From NCBI GenBank assembly GCA_031547725.1, contig JAVBRT010000032.1, positions 10,075 through 74,074 on the forward strand: DNA of 64,000 nt, given 5' to 3'. The notes under the pieces were generated by a model that worked only from the letters and a program-made list of their open reading frames with translations, had not been told where the DNA came from and did not search any database. A program made the translations under genes and the position numbers. This document shows, piece by piece, positions 37,057 through 47,491 of the stretch. The first letter of the stretch is position 1. Each line of letters begins with the position of its first letter. Source of the stretch: Azonexus sp. (GTDB lineage: Bacteria > Pseudomonadota > Gammaproteobacteria > Burkholderiales > Rhodocyclaceae).

Positions 37057-38268
37057 ATGGCCAACATCCTCTATCTCGTCCACCGTCTTCCCTATCCGCC
37101 CAACAAGGGCGACAAGGTCCGCTCCTACCACCTGCTGCGCCACCTGCTGAAGGCGCACCGCGTCTTCCTCGGCACCTTCATCGACGATCCGGCCGACGCC
37201 GAGCACATTCCCGTTCTCCGGGGCATGTGCGCCGGACTCCACGTCGCCCGCCTCGATCCCCGCCGGGCCAAGCTGCGCAGCATCAACGGCCTGCTCGCCG
37301 GCGAGCCGCTGACGCTGCGCTACTACCGCGACGCCGGCCTGCAGGACTGGGTCGACAACACCTGCCGCAGCCAGCGGATCGACGCCATCGTCGTCTTCAG
37401 CTCGGCAATGGCCCAGTACACCGAGGACAAGCAGCGGCTGCCGGTGCTGATTGATTTCGTCGACGTCGATTCGGCCAAGTGGACCCAGTATGCGCCGCAG
37501 CACCGCTGGCCGATGTCCTGGATCTACCGCCGCGAGGGCCGCCTGCTGCTGGCCTACGAACGCCACATGGCGGCCCGGGCGGCGCGCTCCTTTCTCGTCA
37601 CCGAGGCCGAGGTCGAGTTGTTCCGCAAGCTGGCCCCGGAATGCGGCGTCCGCGTCGAAGCCATGTGCAACGGCGTCGATGCCGATTATTTCGCCCCGGC
37701 CGCCGACCGCCCCTCGCCTTTCCCGGTCGGCGAGGAGGCCGTGGTGTTTACCGGCGCCATGGATTACTGGCCGAACGTCGACGCCGTCGCCTGGTTCGTC
37801 GCCGAAATGCTGCCGGCGCTGCGGGCGCAGCGGCCGCGACTGCGTTTCTACATCGTCGGCCGCAGCCCGACGCCGGAAGTCCTGGCCCTGGCCGGCGCGC
37901 ACGTCGTCGTCACCGGCACCGTGCCCGACGTCCGCCCCTACCTGCAGCACGCCGGCGTCGTCGTCGCCCCGCTGCGCGTCGCCCGTGGCATCCAGAACAA
38001 GATTCTCGAAGCCATGGCCATGGCGCGCCCGGTGGTCGCCGCCGCCGATTGTGCCGCGCCGGTGGACGCGACGCCCGGCAAGGAACTGCTGACCGCCGCC
38101 AATGCCGCCGAATTCGTCGCCGCCATCGCCGCCCAACTGGCCGATCCGCAGGCCGCCGCCACCATCGGCCGCGCCGCCCGCGCCCGCGTCGTCGCCCGCT
38201 ACAGCTGGGACGCCCATATGAGCCAGATCGACCCCTATCTTTTCAGCTCTCCCGGACAATCGACATGA
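37057..38268 (+). CDS. GT4 glycosyltransferase (TIGR03087-like)
   Basis: HRLPYPPNKGDKVRS, DFVDVDSAKW, FTGAMDYWPN, ARGIQNKILEAMA. Confidence 0.92.
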   Translation: MANILYLVHRLPYPPNKGDKVRSYHLLRHLLKAHRVFLGTFIDDPADAEHIPVLRGMCAGLHVARLDPRRAKLRSINGLLAGEPLTLRYYRDAGLQDWVDNTCRSQRIDAIVVFSSAMAQYTEDKQRLPVLIDFVDVDSAKWTQYAPQHRWPMSWIYRREGRLLLAYERHMAARAARSFLVTEAEVELFRKLAPECGVRVEAMCNGVDADYFAPAADRPSPFPVGEEAVVFTGAMDYWPNVDAVAWFVAEMLPALRAQRPRLRFYIVGRSPTPEVLALAGAHVVVTGTVPDVRPYLQHAGVVVAPLRVARGIQNKILEAMAMARPVVAAADCAAPVDATPGKELLTAANAAEFVAAIAAQLADPQAAATIGRAARARVVARYSWDAHMSQIDPYLFSSPGQST

Positions 38269-39794
38269 ACCCGACAGCCAGCGTACCCTCGCCCGCCTGG
38301 CGGCAAGCACTGCCGCTGCTGCTCGGCCTGCTCGCCTGGTTGATCTACTGGTATTGGGATACCGCTGCCGCCATGGTCGGCATCTGGTACCGCTCGGAAA
38401 CCTATGCCCACGCCTTCGTCGTGCCACCGCTCGCGCTGTGGCTGATCTGGCGCCGCCGCAGCGCGATCCTCGCCGAACAGCCGCGAACCTCGCTGCTGCT
38501 CGCCGTGCCGGTCGCCGGCACGACGCTGGCCTGGCTGCTCGGCGAACTGACGGCGGTCAATGCCCTGACCCAGTTCGCCCTGGTCGCCACGCTGGTGCTC
38601 GCCGTGATGGCCCTGCTCGGGCCGGCGGTCAGCAAGCGCCTCGCCTTCCCGCTGGCCTTCCTGTTCTTCTCGGTGCCTTTCGGCGACTTCCTGATGCCCA
38701 GGCTGATGGAGTGGACCGCCGCCTTCACCGTGCTCGCGCTACGCGCCACCGGCATCCCGGTCTACCAGGAGGGCCTGCAGTTCGTCATCCCTTCCGGCCG
38801 CTGGTCGGTCGTCGAAGCCTGCAGCGGCATCCGCTACATCATCGCCTCGGTCACCGTCGGTACGCTGTTCGCCTACCTCAATTACAGCACGCTGCGGCGA
38901 CGGCTGATCTTCATCGCCGTCGCCATCGTCGTGCCGGTGATCGCCAACTGGCTGCGCGCCTACATCATCGTCATGCTCGGCCACCTCTCCGGCAACAAGC
39001 TGGCCGCCGGCGTCGACCACTTGATCTACGGTTGGCTGTTCTTCGGCATCGTGATCATGATCATGTTCTTCATCGGCGCCCGCTGGGCGGAACCGGAAGC
39101 CGCTCCGCCCCCGCCGCTTCCGCCGGTTGCCGGCACGGCGGCCGGTTCGCCGGGCAGGGCCTGGCTGGCGGCCATCGCCGTCGCCCTGATCGCCGCCGCC
39201 GGCCCGCTCGCCTTCGTCGCCATCGACCGCACCGATCAGGCCGGTCCCGCCGCGCTCGGCACCTTGTCGGCTCCCGCGGGCTGGCAGGAAAACGGGCAGC
39301 CACGCTGGAAACCCGACTTCGCCGGCGCCTCGGCCGAACTGCAGGCTTCCTTCAGCCGCGACGGCGAAAGCGTCGGCGTCTATATCGGCTACTACCGCAA
39401 CCAGAATTACCAACGCAAGTTGGTGACATCGACCAACACCCTGGCCGCCAGCAGCAACAAGGCGTGGACCGTCGTTGCCCGCGGCCGCGCGGCGCCGGGC
39501 ATTCCCGGCCTGCCGGAGCAGGTCGTCGCGGCCGAGTTGATCGAGGTCGGCAGCAGCCCGGAAGTCCGCCTGCAAGCCTGGCAGTGGTATTGGACCGATG
39601 GCCGGCTGACCGCCTCCGACGCCGGCGCCAAGCTCGACAACGCCCTGGCTCGTCTGACCGGGCGCGGCGACGACGCCGCCGTCGTCATCCTCTACGCCCC
39701 GGCCGCGACAGCGGCGACCGCGCTGCCCGCCTTCGCCGCCGCCGCCGCGCCGGAAATCGCCCGCCTGCTGGCCACGGCCCGCGATCAGCGATGA
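38265..39794 (+). CDS. xrtA: Exosortase A with C-terminal EpsI domain
   Basis: Start ATG 38265; multiple TMs; catalytic Cys (VVEACSGIRY), Arg (ANWLRAY) and His (VDHLIYGW); periplasmic EpsI part with WQWYW. Confidence 0.95.
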   Translation: MNPTASVPSPAWRQALPLLLGLLAWLIYWYWDTAAAMVGIWYRSETYAHAFVVPPLALWLIWRRRSAILAEQPRTSLLLAVPVAGTTLAWLLGELTAVNALTQFALVATLVLAVMALLGPAVSKRLAFPLAFLFFSVPFGDFLMPRLMEWTAAFTVLALRATGIPVYQEGLQFVIPSGRWSVVEACSGIRYIIASVTVGTLFAYLNYSTLRRRLIFIAVAIVVPVIANWLRAYIIVMLGHLSGNKLAAGVDHLIYGWLFFGIVIMIMFFIGARWAEPEAAPPPPLPPVAGTAAGSPGRAWLAAIAVALIAAAGPLAFVAIDRTDQAGPAALGTLSAPAGWQENGQPRWKPDFAGASAELQASFSRDGESVGVYIGYYRNQNYQRKLVTSTNTLAASSNKAWTVVARGRAAPGIPGLPEQVVAAELIEVGSSPEVRLQAWQWYWTDGRLTASDAGAKLDNALARLTGRGDDAAVVILYAPAATAATALPAFAAAAAPEIARLLATARDQR

Positions 39795-40957
39795 ACACCG
39801 ATCCCCGCCCCCTCGTCGCCCACGTCATGTACCGCTTCGATACCGGCGGCCTGGAAAACGGCATCGTCAACCTGATCAACCACATGCCGCCCGAGCGCTA
39901 CCGGCACGCGGTGATCGCCCTGACCGAGGTCACCGACTTCCGCCGCCGCATCCAGCGCGACGACGTCGAGTTCATCGCCCTGAACAAGCCGCCCGGCCAG
40001 ACCCTATGGCAGTTCCCCAAGCTTTACCGGCTGTTCCGCCGGCTGCGCCCGGCCATCGTGCACAGCCGCAACCTGGCGGCGCTGGAAGTGCAGTTGCCGG
40101 CCTGGGCCGCCGGCGTGCCGGTGCGCATCCACGGCGAGCACGGCCGCGACGTCGGCGATCTCGACGGCAGCAACGTCACCTATCAGCGCATCCGCCGCTT
40201 TTACAAGCCCTTCGTGAGTTATTACCTGGCCCTTTCGCGCGACCTCGCGCAATATCTGAACGGTATAATTCGCGTCCCTTCCGACAAGATGCTGCAGGTC
40301 TACAACGGTGTCGATACCGATCGCTTCCATCCCGCGTCCGACAATAATCAAGCCATACCCGGCTGCCCCTTCCCCCGCGCCGGCCACTGGCTGGTCGGCA
40401 CGGTAGGCCGCATGCAGACCGTCAAGGACCAGCCGACCCTGGCCCGGGCCTTCGTCCGGGCGCTGGAAATCGCCCCGGAACTGCGCTCGCGCCTGCGCCT
40501 GGCGCTGATCGGCGACGGCCCGTTGCGCGCCGAATGCCGGGAAATCCTCGCCGCCGCCGGCGTCGCCGATCTCGCCTGGCTGCCCGGCGAACGTAGCGAC
40601 GTGCCCGCGGTCATGCGCGGCCTCGATTGCTTCGTCCTGCCGTCGCTGGCCGAGGGCATTTCCAACACCATCCTCGAAGCCATGGCCTGCGGCCTGCCGG
40701 TGATCGCCACCGACGTCGGCGGCAATGCCGACCTGGTGGCCGCCGGCGCATCCGGCGCAATCATTCCGGCCGCCGACCCCGAGGCGATGGCCCAGGCCAT
40801 CGTCCGCTTCGCCGCCGCGCCCGAATCCGCGCGCGCCATGGGCCGGGAAGGCCGCCGGCTGGTCGAGGAAAAATTCAGCATGCAGGCCATGGTAACCGCC
40901 TACCAGGGTACTTACGACAAACTCCTGCACCGCAGCGGTGCGGCTTCACAGCCCTGA
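39791..40957 (+). CDS. GT4 glycosyltransferase (TIGR03088-like)
   Basis: Start ATG 39791; GGLENGIVNLIN, HGEHGRD, SLAEGISNTILEAMA. Confidence 0.92.
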   Translation: MNTDPRPLVAHVMYRFDTGGLENGIVNLINHMPPERYRHAVIALTEVTDFRRRIQRDDVEFIALNKPPGQTLWQFPKLYRLFRRLRPAIVHSRNLAALEVQLPAWAAGVPVRIHGEHGRDVGDLDGSNVTYQRIRRFYKPFVSYYLALSRDLAQYLNGIIRVPSDKMLQVYNGVDTDRFHPASDNNQAIPGCPFPRAGHWLVGTVGRMQTVKDQPTLARAFVRALEIAPELRSRLRLALIGDGPLRAECREILAAAGVADLAWLPGERSDVPAVMRGLDCFVLPSLAEGISNTILEAMACGLPVIATDVGGNADLVAAGASGAIIPAADPEAMAQAIVRFAAAPESARAMGREGRRLVEEKFSMQAMVTAYQGTYDKLLHRSGAASQP

Positions 40958-40969
40958 CAGGAAACAGCC

Positions 40970-42877
40970 ATGTGCGGCATCACCGGTATTTTCGACACCC
41001 GCGGCCGGCGCGACATCGATCGCGCCGTGCTGCACCGGATGAACGAATCGCAGTTCCACCGCGGCCCCGACGAAGGCGGCCTGCATCTCGAACCGGGTGT
41101 CGGCCTCGGCCATCGCCGGCTTTCGATCATCGACCTGTCCACCGGCCAGCAGCCACTGTACAACGAGGACAACAGCGTCTGCGTCGTGTTCAACGGCGAA
41201 ATCTACAATTTCCAGGAACTGATCCCGGAACTGCAGGGACTCGGCCACATTTTCCACACCCGCAGCGACACCGAGGTCATCGTCCATGCCTGGGAAGCCT
41301 GGGGCGAGCGCTGCGTGGACCGCTTCCGCGGCATGTTCGCCTTCGCGCTGTGGGACCGCAACCACGAAACCCTGTTCCTCGCCCGCGACCGCCTCGGCGT
41401 CAAGCCGCTGTTCTACGCCCTGCTCGACGACGGCACATTCCTGTTCGGTTCCGAACTGAAATCCCTGCTCGCCCACGGCGGCCTGAAGCGCGACATCGAT
41501 CCCTGCGCCGTCGAGGAATATTTCGCCCTCGGCTACGTCGCCGAGCCGCGCGCCATCTTCAAGCAGGCGAAGAAGCTGCCGCCGGCCAGCACCCTGCTGC
41601 TGCGCCGCGGCCAGCCGGTCGGCGAGCCGCGCCCCTACTGGGACGTGCGCTTCTCGCTGGACAACCCGCTTGGCGCCGATGAGGCTCGTGCCGAACTGAT
41701 GCATCGTCTCGAGGAATCGATCAAGCTGCGCATGATCTCGGAAGTGCCGCTCGGCGCCTTCCTCTCCGGCGGCGTCGATTCGAGCGCCGTGGTCGCGGTC
41801 ATGGCCGGCTTGTCAAACAGCCCGGTCAACACCTGCTCGATCGGCTTTTCCGACCCGGCCTTCAACGAATCGGAATTCGCCAGGATGGTGGCCGACCGCT
41901 ACCGCACCAACCATCACCTCGACATGGTCGAGAGCGACGATTTCGACCTGATCGACACCCTGGCCCGGCTCTACGACGAGCCTTACGCCGACAGTTCGGC
42001 CATCCCCACCTACCGCGTCTGCCAGCTGGCCCGCAAGCACGTCACCGTCGCCCTCTCCGGCGACGGCGGCGACGAGAGCTTCGGCGGCTACCGCCGCTAC
42101 CGCCTGCACCTGATGGAAGAGAAAATGCGCTCGGCGCTGCCGCTCGGCCTGCGCCGGCCGGTGTTCGGCGCGCTCGGCCGGCTCTACCCGAAAGCCGACT
42201 GGGCGCCGCGCATGTTCCGCGCCAAGACGACCTTCGAGGGCATGGCCCGCACCTCGGTCGAGGCCTACTTCCACTCGATATCGATCCTCCGCGCGCCGAT
42301 GCGCCAACGCCTGTTCAGCCCCCGGTTCAAGGCCGCGCTTGGCGGCTATGACGCCTTCCAGGTCTTCGCCGGCCACGCCGCCCGAGCCGAGACCGACGAT
42401 CCGCTGGCGTTGATCCAGTACCTTGATCTCAAGACCTATCTGATCGGCGACATCAACACCAAGGTCGACCGCGCCAGCATGGCCCATTCGCTGGAAGTGC
42501 GCGAGCCGCTGATGGATCACAAGCTGATCGAATGGCTGGCCACTCTGCCCTCGACGCACAAGATCCGCGGCCAGGAAGGCAAGTACCTGCTCAAGAAGAC
42601 GATGGAACCCCTGCTCCCGAACGACGTGCTGTACCGCCCCAAGATGGGCTTCTCGGTACCGCTGGCGCGCTGGTTCCGCGGCCCGTTGAAGAACCGCGTG
42701 CAGGAAGCCATCCTCGGTTCGCGGCTGGCCGACACCGGCTGGTTCGAGCGCCGCTACCTGGAAGAACTGGTGCGCGACCACAACAACGGCAGCCGCGATT
42801 ACAGCGCCTCGATCTGGACCATCCTGATGTTCGAGGCCTTCCTGCGCAATGTCATGGAAGAAGGATCGCCGGCATGA
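40970..42877 (+). CDS. XrtA/PEP-CTERM system amidotransferase (AsnB-like; TIGR03108-like)
   Basis: N-terminal MCGI (Ntn Cys), HRGPD, GHRRLSIID, FLSGGVDSS, LSGDGGDE, KMGF. Confidence 0.93.
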   Translation: MCGITGIFDTRGRRDIDRAVLHRMNESQFHRGPDEGGLHLEPGVGLGHRRLSIIDLSTGQQPLYNEDNSVCVVFNGEIYNFQELIPELQGLGHIFHTRSDTEVIVHAWEAWGERCVDRFRGMFAFALWDRNHETLFLARDRLGVKPLFYALLDDGTFLFGSELKSLLAHGGLKRDIDPCAVEEYFALGYVAEPRAIFKQAKKLPPASTLLLRRGQPVGEPRPYWDVRFSLDNPLGADEARAELMHRLEESIKLRMISEVPLGAFLSGGVDSSAVVAVMAGLSNSPVNTCSIGFSDPAFNESEFARMVADRYRTNHHLDMVESDDFDLIDTLARLYDEPYADSSAIPTYRVCQLARKHVTVALSGDGGDESFGGYRRYRLHLMEEKMRSALPLGLRRPVFGALGRLYPKADWAPRMFRAKTTFEGMARTSVEAYFHSISILRAPMRQRLFSPRFKAALGGYDAFQVFAGHAARAETDDPLALIQYLDLKTYLIGDINTKVDRASMAHSLEVREPLMDHKLIEWLATLPSTHKIRGQEGKYLLKKTMEPLLPNDVLYRPKMGFSVPLARWFRGPLKNRVQEAILGSRLADTGWFERRYLEELVRDHNNGSRDYSASIWTILMFEAFLRNVMEEGSPA

Positions 42878-44091
42878 TCCGCGCCCTGCACGTCCTCGAC
42901 CATTCGATCCCGCTGCACAGCGGCTACACCTTCCGCACCGCCGCCTTGCTGCGCGAACAGCGCGCCCTCGGCTGGGAAACCTTCCACCTGACCTCGCCGA
43001 AGCAGGGCGCCACCGCCACCGCCGTCGAAGATGTCGACGGCCTGCGCTTCTATCGCACGGCGCCGGCCACCGGCGCCCTGGCCGGCTTGCCGCTGGGCCG
43101 GGAACTGGCGCTGATGAAGCAACTCGAAATCCGGCTCGAAGCGGTCGCCCGCGAAATCCGCCCGGACATCATCCACGCCCATTCGCCGGTGCTCAACGCC
43201 CTGCCGGCGATCAAGGTCGCCCGCCGGCTCGGCATTCCCGTCGTCTACGAAATCCGCGCCTTCTGGGAAGACGCCGCAGTCGACCACGGCAGCACCCGCG
43301 AAGGCAGCCTGCGCTACCGCGCCACGCGCGCCCTGGAAACCCGCGCCATCCGGCTGGCCGACCATGTGTTCACCATCTGCGAGGGCCTGCGCGCCGACAT
43401 CGTGGCACGCGGCATCCCGGCCGCCAAGGTGACCGTGATCCCCAACGCCGTCGACGTCGCCTCCTTCCAACTGGCCAGTCCGCCCGACCCGGCGTTGCTG
43501 GAGAAATGGGGCCTGAGCGGCAAGACCGTAGTCGGCTTCATCGGCTCCTTCTATGCCTACGAGGGGCTGGACTTGCTGCTCGACGCCCTGCCGGAGTTGG
43601 TCCGCCAGCGCCCCGACGTGCGCCTGCTGCTGGTCGGCGGCGGCCCGCAGGAAGCCAATCTGCGCCAGCAGGCCGAACGCCTGGGCCTGGGCCAGCACGT
43701 GGTTTTCACCGGCCGCGTGCCGCACAAGGAAGTCGGCCGCTATTACGACCTGATCAACATCCTCGCCTACCCGCGCCATCCGATGCGCCTGACCGAGTTG
43801 GTGACGCCGCTGAAGCCGCTGGAAGCCATGGCCCAGGGCCAGTTGTTCATCGCCTCCGACGTCGGCGGCCACAAGGAACTGATCGAGCACAACCAGACCG
43901 GCATCCTGTTCAAGGCCGGCGACCGCGACGCCCTGAGCGGCGCCCTGCTCGGACTGCTCGACGACCGCCGGCGCTGGCCGGAACTCAAGGCCAACGGCCG
44001 CCACTTCGTCGAAGCGGTGCGCAACTGGCGCAACAGCGTGGCCAATTACCGCGCCCCGTATCACCGCCTGACCGGCAAGAATCCCGCCTGA
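42874..44091 (+). CDS. GT4 glycosyltransferase (TIGR04063-like)
   Basis: Start ATG 42874; LDHSIPLHSGYTFRT, YEIRAFWEDA, LVTPLKPLEAMA. Confidence 0.92.
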   Translation: MIRALHVLDHSIPLHSGYTFRTAALLREQRALGWETFHLTSPKQGATATAVEDVDGLRFYRTAPATGALAGLPLGRELALMKQLEIRLEAVAREIRPDIIHAHSPVLNALPAIKVARRLGIPVVYEIRAFWEDAAVDHGSTREGSLRYRATRALETRAIRLADHVFTICEGLRADIVARGIPAAKVTVIPNAVDVASFQLASPPDPALLEKWGLSGKTVVGFIGSFYAYEGLDLLLDALPELVRQRPDVRLLLVGGGPQEANLRQQAERLGLGQHVVFTGRVPHKEVGRYYDLINILAYPRHPMRLTELVTPLKPLEAMAQGQLFIASDVGGHKELIEHNQTGILFKAGDRDALSGALLGLLDDRRRWPELKANGRHFVEAVRNWRNSVANYRAPYHRLTGKNPA

Positions 44092-44117
44092 TCAGCGCGA
44101 TAGACAAACACCTCGAC

Positions 44118-45308
44118 ATGCGCCGCCCCATCCGGACCCTTCTCTTTTCAACCCTGTTCCCAAGTACCGTCAGACCGGTGCATGGGATATTCGTGGAAAC
44201 CCGGCTGCGCGAACTGCTCAAGAGCGGCGAGGTTGAAACGAAGGTTGTTGCGCCGGTCCCCTGGTTTCCAATTGCTCACGCGCGCTTTGGTGAATACGGC
44301 CGGTTTGCCGCAACCCCGGGGTTCGAGATAAGAAATGGGATCGAAGTCCATCATCCACGATATTTCCTGCCGCCAAAAATCGGCATGAATATCGCACCGC
44401 ACACTTTGGCCCGGGCCGCCCTGCCTTTGGTCAAGCGCATGCTGAAACAGGGGTTCGATTTCGATCTCATCGACGCCCACTATTATTATCCCGACGGGGT
44501 TGCCGCTGGCTTGATCGCCCAGCAGGTGCGCAAACCATTCGTCGTAACCGCCCGTGGAACAGACCTCAACCTGATCCCGCGATTCGCCTACCCGAGGAAA
44601 TTGATCCTGGCGACCGCGCAAGCCGCAAGCGCCTCAATTGGCGTCTGCAAGGCGCTCATGGATACGCTGGCCGAATTGGGCGCCGACCCCGGAAAATTGA
44701 AAACGTTCAGGAATGGCGTCGACCTCGACAAATTCCGCCCCGAAGACAAATCTGAAGCACGGCGGCGGCTGAAACTCGCCGACCGGACCATTCTGTTGTC
44801 GGTCGGCCACCTGGTCGAGCGCAAAGGCCACCACATAGCCATTGAAGCCATGGCCACCCTGCCGGACCATGTGATGCTGGTGATTGCCGGTTCCGGACCG
44901 GAACGGGCGGCATTGGCAGCGCAAGCGCAGAAGATCGGCGTTCAGCAACGGGTGCTTTTTACCGGACAATTAGCCAACCAGGAACTCAAATGGTGGTACA
45001 GCGCGGCAGATGCGCTGCTTTTGTGTTCCAGTCGCGAAGGATGGGCCAATGTATTGCTGGAATCCATGGCTTGCGGCACGCCGGTCATCGCGACGAACAT
45101 ATGGGGCACGCCGGAAGTCGTTTCGTGTCCGGAAGCCGGCCTCCTGATGCGGGAAAGGACGGCCGCCTGTCTGCTTGAGTGTTTCTCTCAGCTTTTCCGG
45201 AACTACCCTTTGCGAACAGATGTTCGTCGGCATGCCGAGAAATTCAGTTGGCGGGAAACCACCGAAGCGCAACTGGCCTTGTTCCGGCAACTTACCGCCC
45301 AGCGATAG
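44118..45308 (+). CDS. GT4 glycosyltransferase
   Basis: Start ATG 44118; DAHYYYPDG, TARGTD, SSREGWANVLLESMACG. Confidence 0.9.
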   Translation: MRRPIRTLLFSTLFPSTVRPVHGIFVETRLRELLKSGEVETKVVAPVPWFPIAHARFGEYGRFAATPGFEIRNGIEVHHPRYFLPPKIGMNIAPHTLARAALPLVKRMLKQGFDFDLIDAHYYYPDGVAAGLIAQQVRKPFVVTARGTDLNLIPRFAYPRKLILATAQAASASIGVCKALMDTLAELGADPGKLKTFRNGVDLDKFRPEDKSEARRRLKLADRTILLSVGHLVERKGHHIAIEAMATLPDHVMLVIAGSGPERAALAAQAQKIGVQQRVLFTGQLANQELKWWYSAADALLLCSSREGWANVLLESMACGTPVIATNIWGTPEVVSCPEAGLLMRERTAACLLECFSQLFRNYPLRTDVRRHAEKFSWRETTEAQLALFRQLTAQR

Positions 45309-45312
45309 CACG

Positions 45313-46614
45313 ATGCGCGACCTGTTGATTCTCGCCATTATCTTCGGCGGTTCCGCTGTTGCATTACGCAAGCCATGGATCGGCGTCATCCTGTGGACCT
45401 GGGTCAGCTTGATGAATCCACACCAGCAATGGGGATATGCGTCCGCTTCAATGCCCATTGCCATGGTCGTCGGCGTATCCACACTGACCGGCTTCTTGTT
45501 TACTCGAGAAAAACAAAATCCGTTCTTCTCGCCGGCGACGTGGATGCTTGCCGCCTTCGTCCTGTGGGTGACAATCACCCTGCCTTTCTCACTGTATTTC
45601 GAGAACAGCCTGCCTCTGTGGAACAGGTCGATCAAAATCTATCTGATGCTGTTCATTACCTTGGCCTTGCTGGATTCGGTCAAAAAGATGGATTTCTACA
45701 TCTGGACGCTGGTGGTATCCATTGGCTTCTACGGCGTGAAAGGCGGCATTTTTACCCTGCTCACCGGTGGCAATCACCTGGTTTGGGGACCGGGGGGATT
45801 TATCGGCGGCAATAACGAAATCGCCCTCGCCGTCATCATGGTGATCCCCCTGATGCGGTACCTGCAACTGCAGATGAAAAAAGCATGGCATCGGCACATG
45901 ATGACCTTCTCCATGATTTTTTCGGCCATCATGGCGCTCGGCACTCATTCGCGCGGCGCATTGCTGGCCCTGATCGCCATGGCTGTCTTGATCTGGCTCC
46001 GCGGTAGGCAAAAGTTGCTGTTCGGCATCATGGCGGTCGGCCTGGCCGTCCTTGCGCTCCCGTTCATGCCTGAGCAATGGTGGTCACGCATGGCCACCAT
46101 CCAAACCTACGAGCAAGACGCTTCGGCCATGGGGCGCATCAACGCATGGTGGATGGCCTGGAATCTCGCCAAGGACCGTATTCTGGGCGGCGGTTTCGAA
46201 ATTTACAACGCTACGATATTTGGCATGTACGCGCCAAATCCCTATGACGTACATGCGGCGCATAGCATTTATTTCCAAGTACTTGGGGAGCACGGCTTTA
46301 TCGGATTGATCCTGTTCCTGATTCTTGGCGTTTTGACCTGGCAAACGGCAAGCAGCCTGATGCGCATCGGCAAGCGCGATCCGTCGCTCAACTGGGCTCG
46401 GGATCTTGGAGCGATGGCCCAAGCCAGCATGGTTGGTTATGCTGTCGGTGGCGCCTTTCTCAGCCTGGCCTATTTCGACTTGCCCTACAACATCATGATC
46501 GTTGTTCTCCTAGCCAAATATTTTGCGTTACGAGAACCAACCGCCACATCGGCGCAACATGCCAGCGCACACGACCCAGCGAAGTGGAAGCGCGTCGGAC
46601 TTAAGGAAAGTTGA
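45313..46614 (+). CDS. Putative O-glycosylation ligase / Wzy-like, exosortase A-associated (TIGR03097-like)
   Basis: Start MRDLL at 45313; many TMs; THSRGA, SAMGRINAW, AAHSIYFQVLGEHG, GAFLSLAYFD. Confidence 0.88.
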   Translation: MRDLLILAIIFGGSAVALRKPWIGVILWTWVSLMNPHQQWGYASASMPIAMVVGVSTLTGFLFTREKQNPFFSPATWMLAAFVLWVTITLPFSLYFENSLPLWNRSIKIYLMLFITLALLDSVKKMDFYIWTLVVSIGFYGVKGGIFTLLTGGNHLVWGPGGFIGGNNEIALAVIMVIPLMRYLQLQMKKAWHRHMMTFSMIFSAIMALGTHSRGALLALIAMAVLIWLRGRQKLLFGIMAVGLAVLALPFMPEQWWSRMATIQTYEQDASAMGRINAWWMAWNLAKDRILGGGFEIYNATIFGMYAPNPYDVHAAHSIYFQVLGEHGFIGLILFLILGVLTWQTASSLMRIGKRDPSLNWARDLGAMAQASMVGYAVGGAFLSLAYFDLPYNIMIVVLLAKYFALREPTATSAQHASAHDPAKWKRVGLKES

Positions 46615-46620
46615 CGTCCC

Positions 46621-47289
46621 ATGATCAAGCTGACAATGGTTTTGTTGACCGCGCTCCTGCATTCCTTCGCTCATGCCGGAGAACTGATCGACCGCTACGA
46701 TCCGGATTGCCTGCCCCTCTTTGCCCAGGGGCGGCATGGCCCTTTCAACTACAACACCGCCACGCCCGCCGAAAAGAATCTCGTCGAGGGAACCCATTTC
46801 GACGAACATTACCAAGCCTATCGGCTTGGCAAGCAAAAGCTGCAGAAAAAGAAAGACTACATTATCGAAACGCCCGCGGCCGGATTTAGCTATACCCTTT
46901 GGGCATTTCCCAATCACGCGCCGGCGCTCGCGGCCATGGAGGATCTTGGATTCAAGCAAAAACTGGAGAAACTTCCCGGTGCCGAATTAAGAGTCCACTG
47001 CTACTTCCAGCGAGCGGTAAAACTCGCACCCGACGATCCGCTGGTCCGCTCGATTTACGGCTATTACTATGCCCGCCGAGGAAAAGGACCGGAGGCAAAC
47101 GAGCAACTTGCCAAAGCCGAGTCCCTCGGCGAGGAAAACATGAGCGTGATGGTATATGCCGCTTTCGCCTACCTTGAACTCAAGGAATACGACAAGGCTC
47201 TAAGCGCGGCGAAAGCTGCCTACCAACTCGGTTATTCTTTGCCTGGACTCAGAAATCGCTTGGAAAAGGCCGGCAAGTGGACGGAATAA
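46621..47289 (+). CDS. Exported TPR-like protein
   Basis: Signal peptide ending FAHA; YTLWAFPNH; CYFQRAVKLAPDDP followed by TPR-like helices. Confidence 0.72.
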   Translation: MIKLTMVLLTALLHSFAHAGELIDRYDPDCLPLFAQGRHGPFNYNTATPAEKNLVEGTHFDEHYQAYRLGKQKLQKKKDYIIETPAAGFSYTLWAFPNHAPALAAMEDLGFKQKLEKLPGAELRVHCYFQRAVKLAPDDPLVRSIYGYYYARRGKGPEANEQLAKAESLGEENMSVMVYAAFAYLELKEYDKALSAAKAAYQLGYSLPGLRNRLEKAGKWTE

Positions 47290-47491
47290 CCCGAACCATA
47301 AGCGACAGCGACGACGTTCATTTTTCGCCATAAGGTCATACATATACATTGCCAAGGCCATTGGAAAACAAATGAGAAAATCACCAGCGAGCATGCTTTT
47401 CTCTTTCCAGTCTGATGGCGATTCCCTAATCAAGGCCTAAAAAAATAAGCCTGAACCGAAAGGTATCAACAACACCGGAAAGTTGAGAAAC

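Noticed and set aside
35908-38427. 839-aa minus-strand ORF and similar long ORFs (3525-5579, 7973-10030, 12138-13859, 28123-29937, 55480-57861)
   Set aside because: Antisense shadows of well-supported genes. High GC3 suppresses stops on the opposite strand, and the translations have no motifs.
37479-45308. Long N-terminal extensions of xrtA and glycosyltransferase ORFs in the track (starts 37479, 38354, 42532, 42849)
   Set aside because: They are Arg/Pro-rich alternate-frame reads of upstream genes. True starts at 38265, 39791, 42874 and 44118 fit ATGA coupling or family N-termini.
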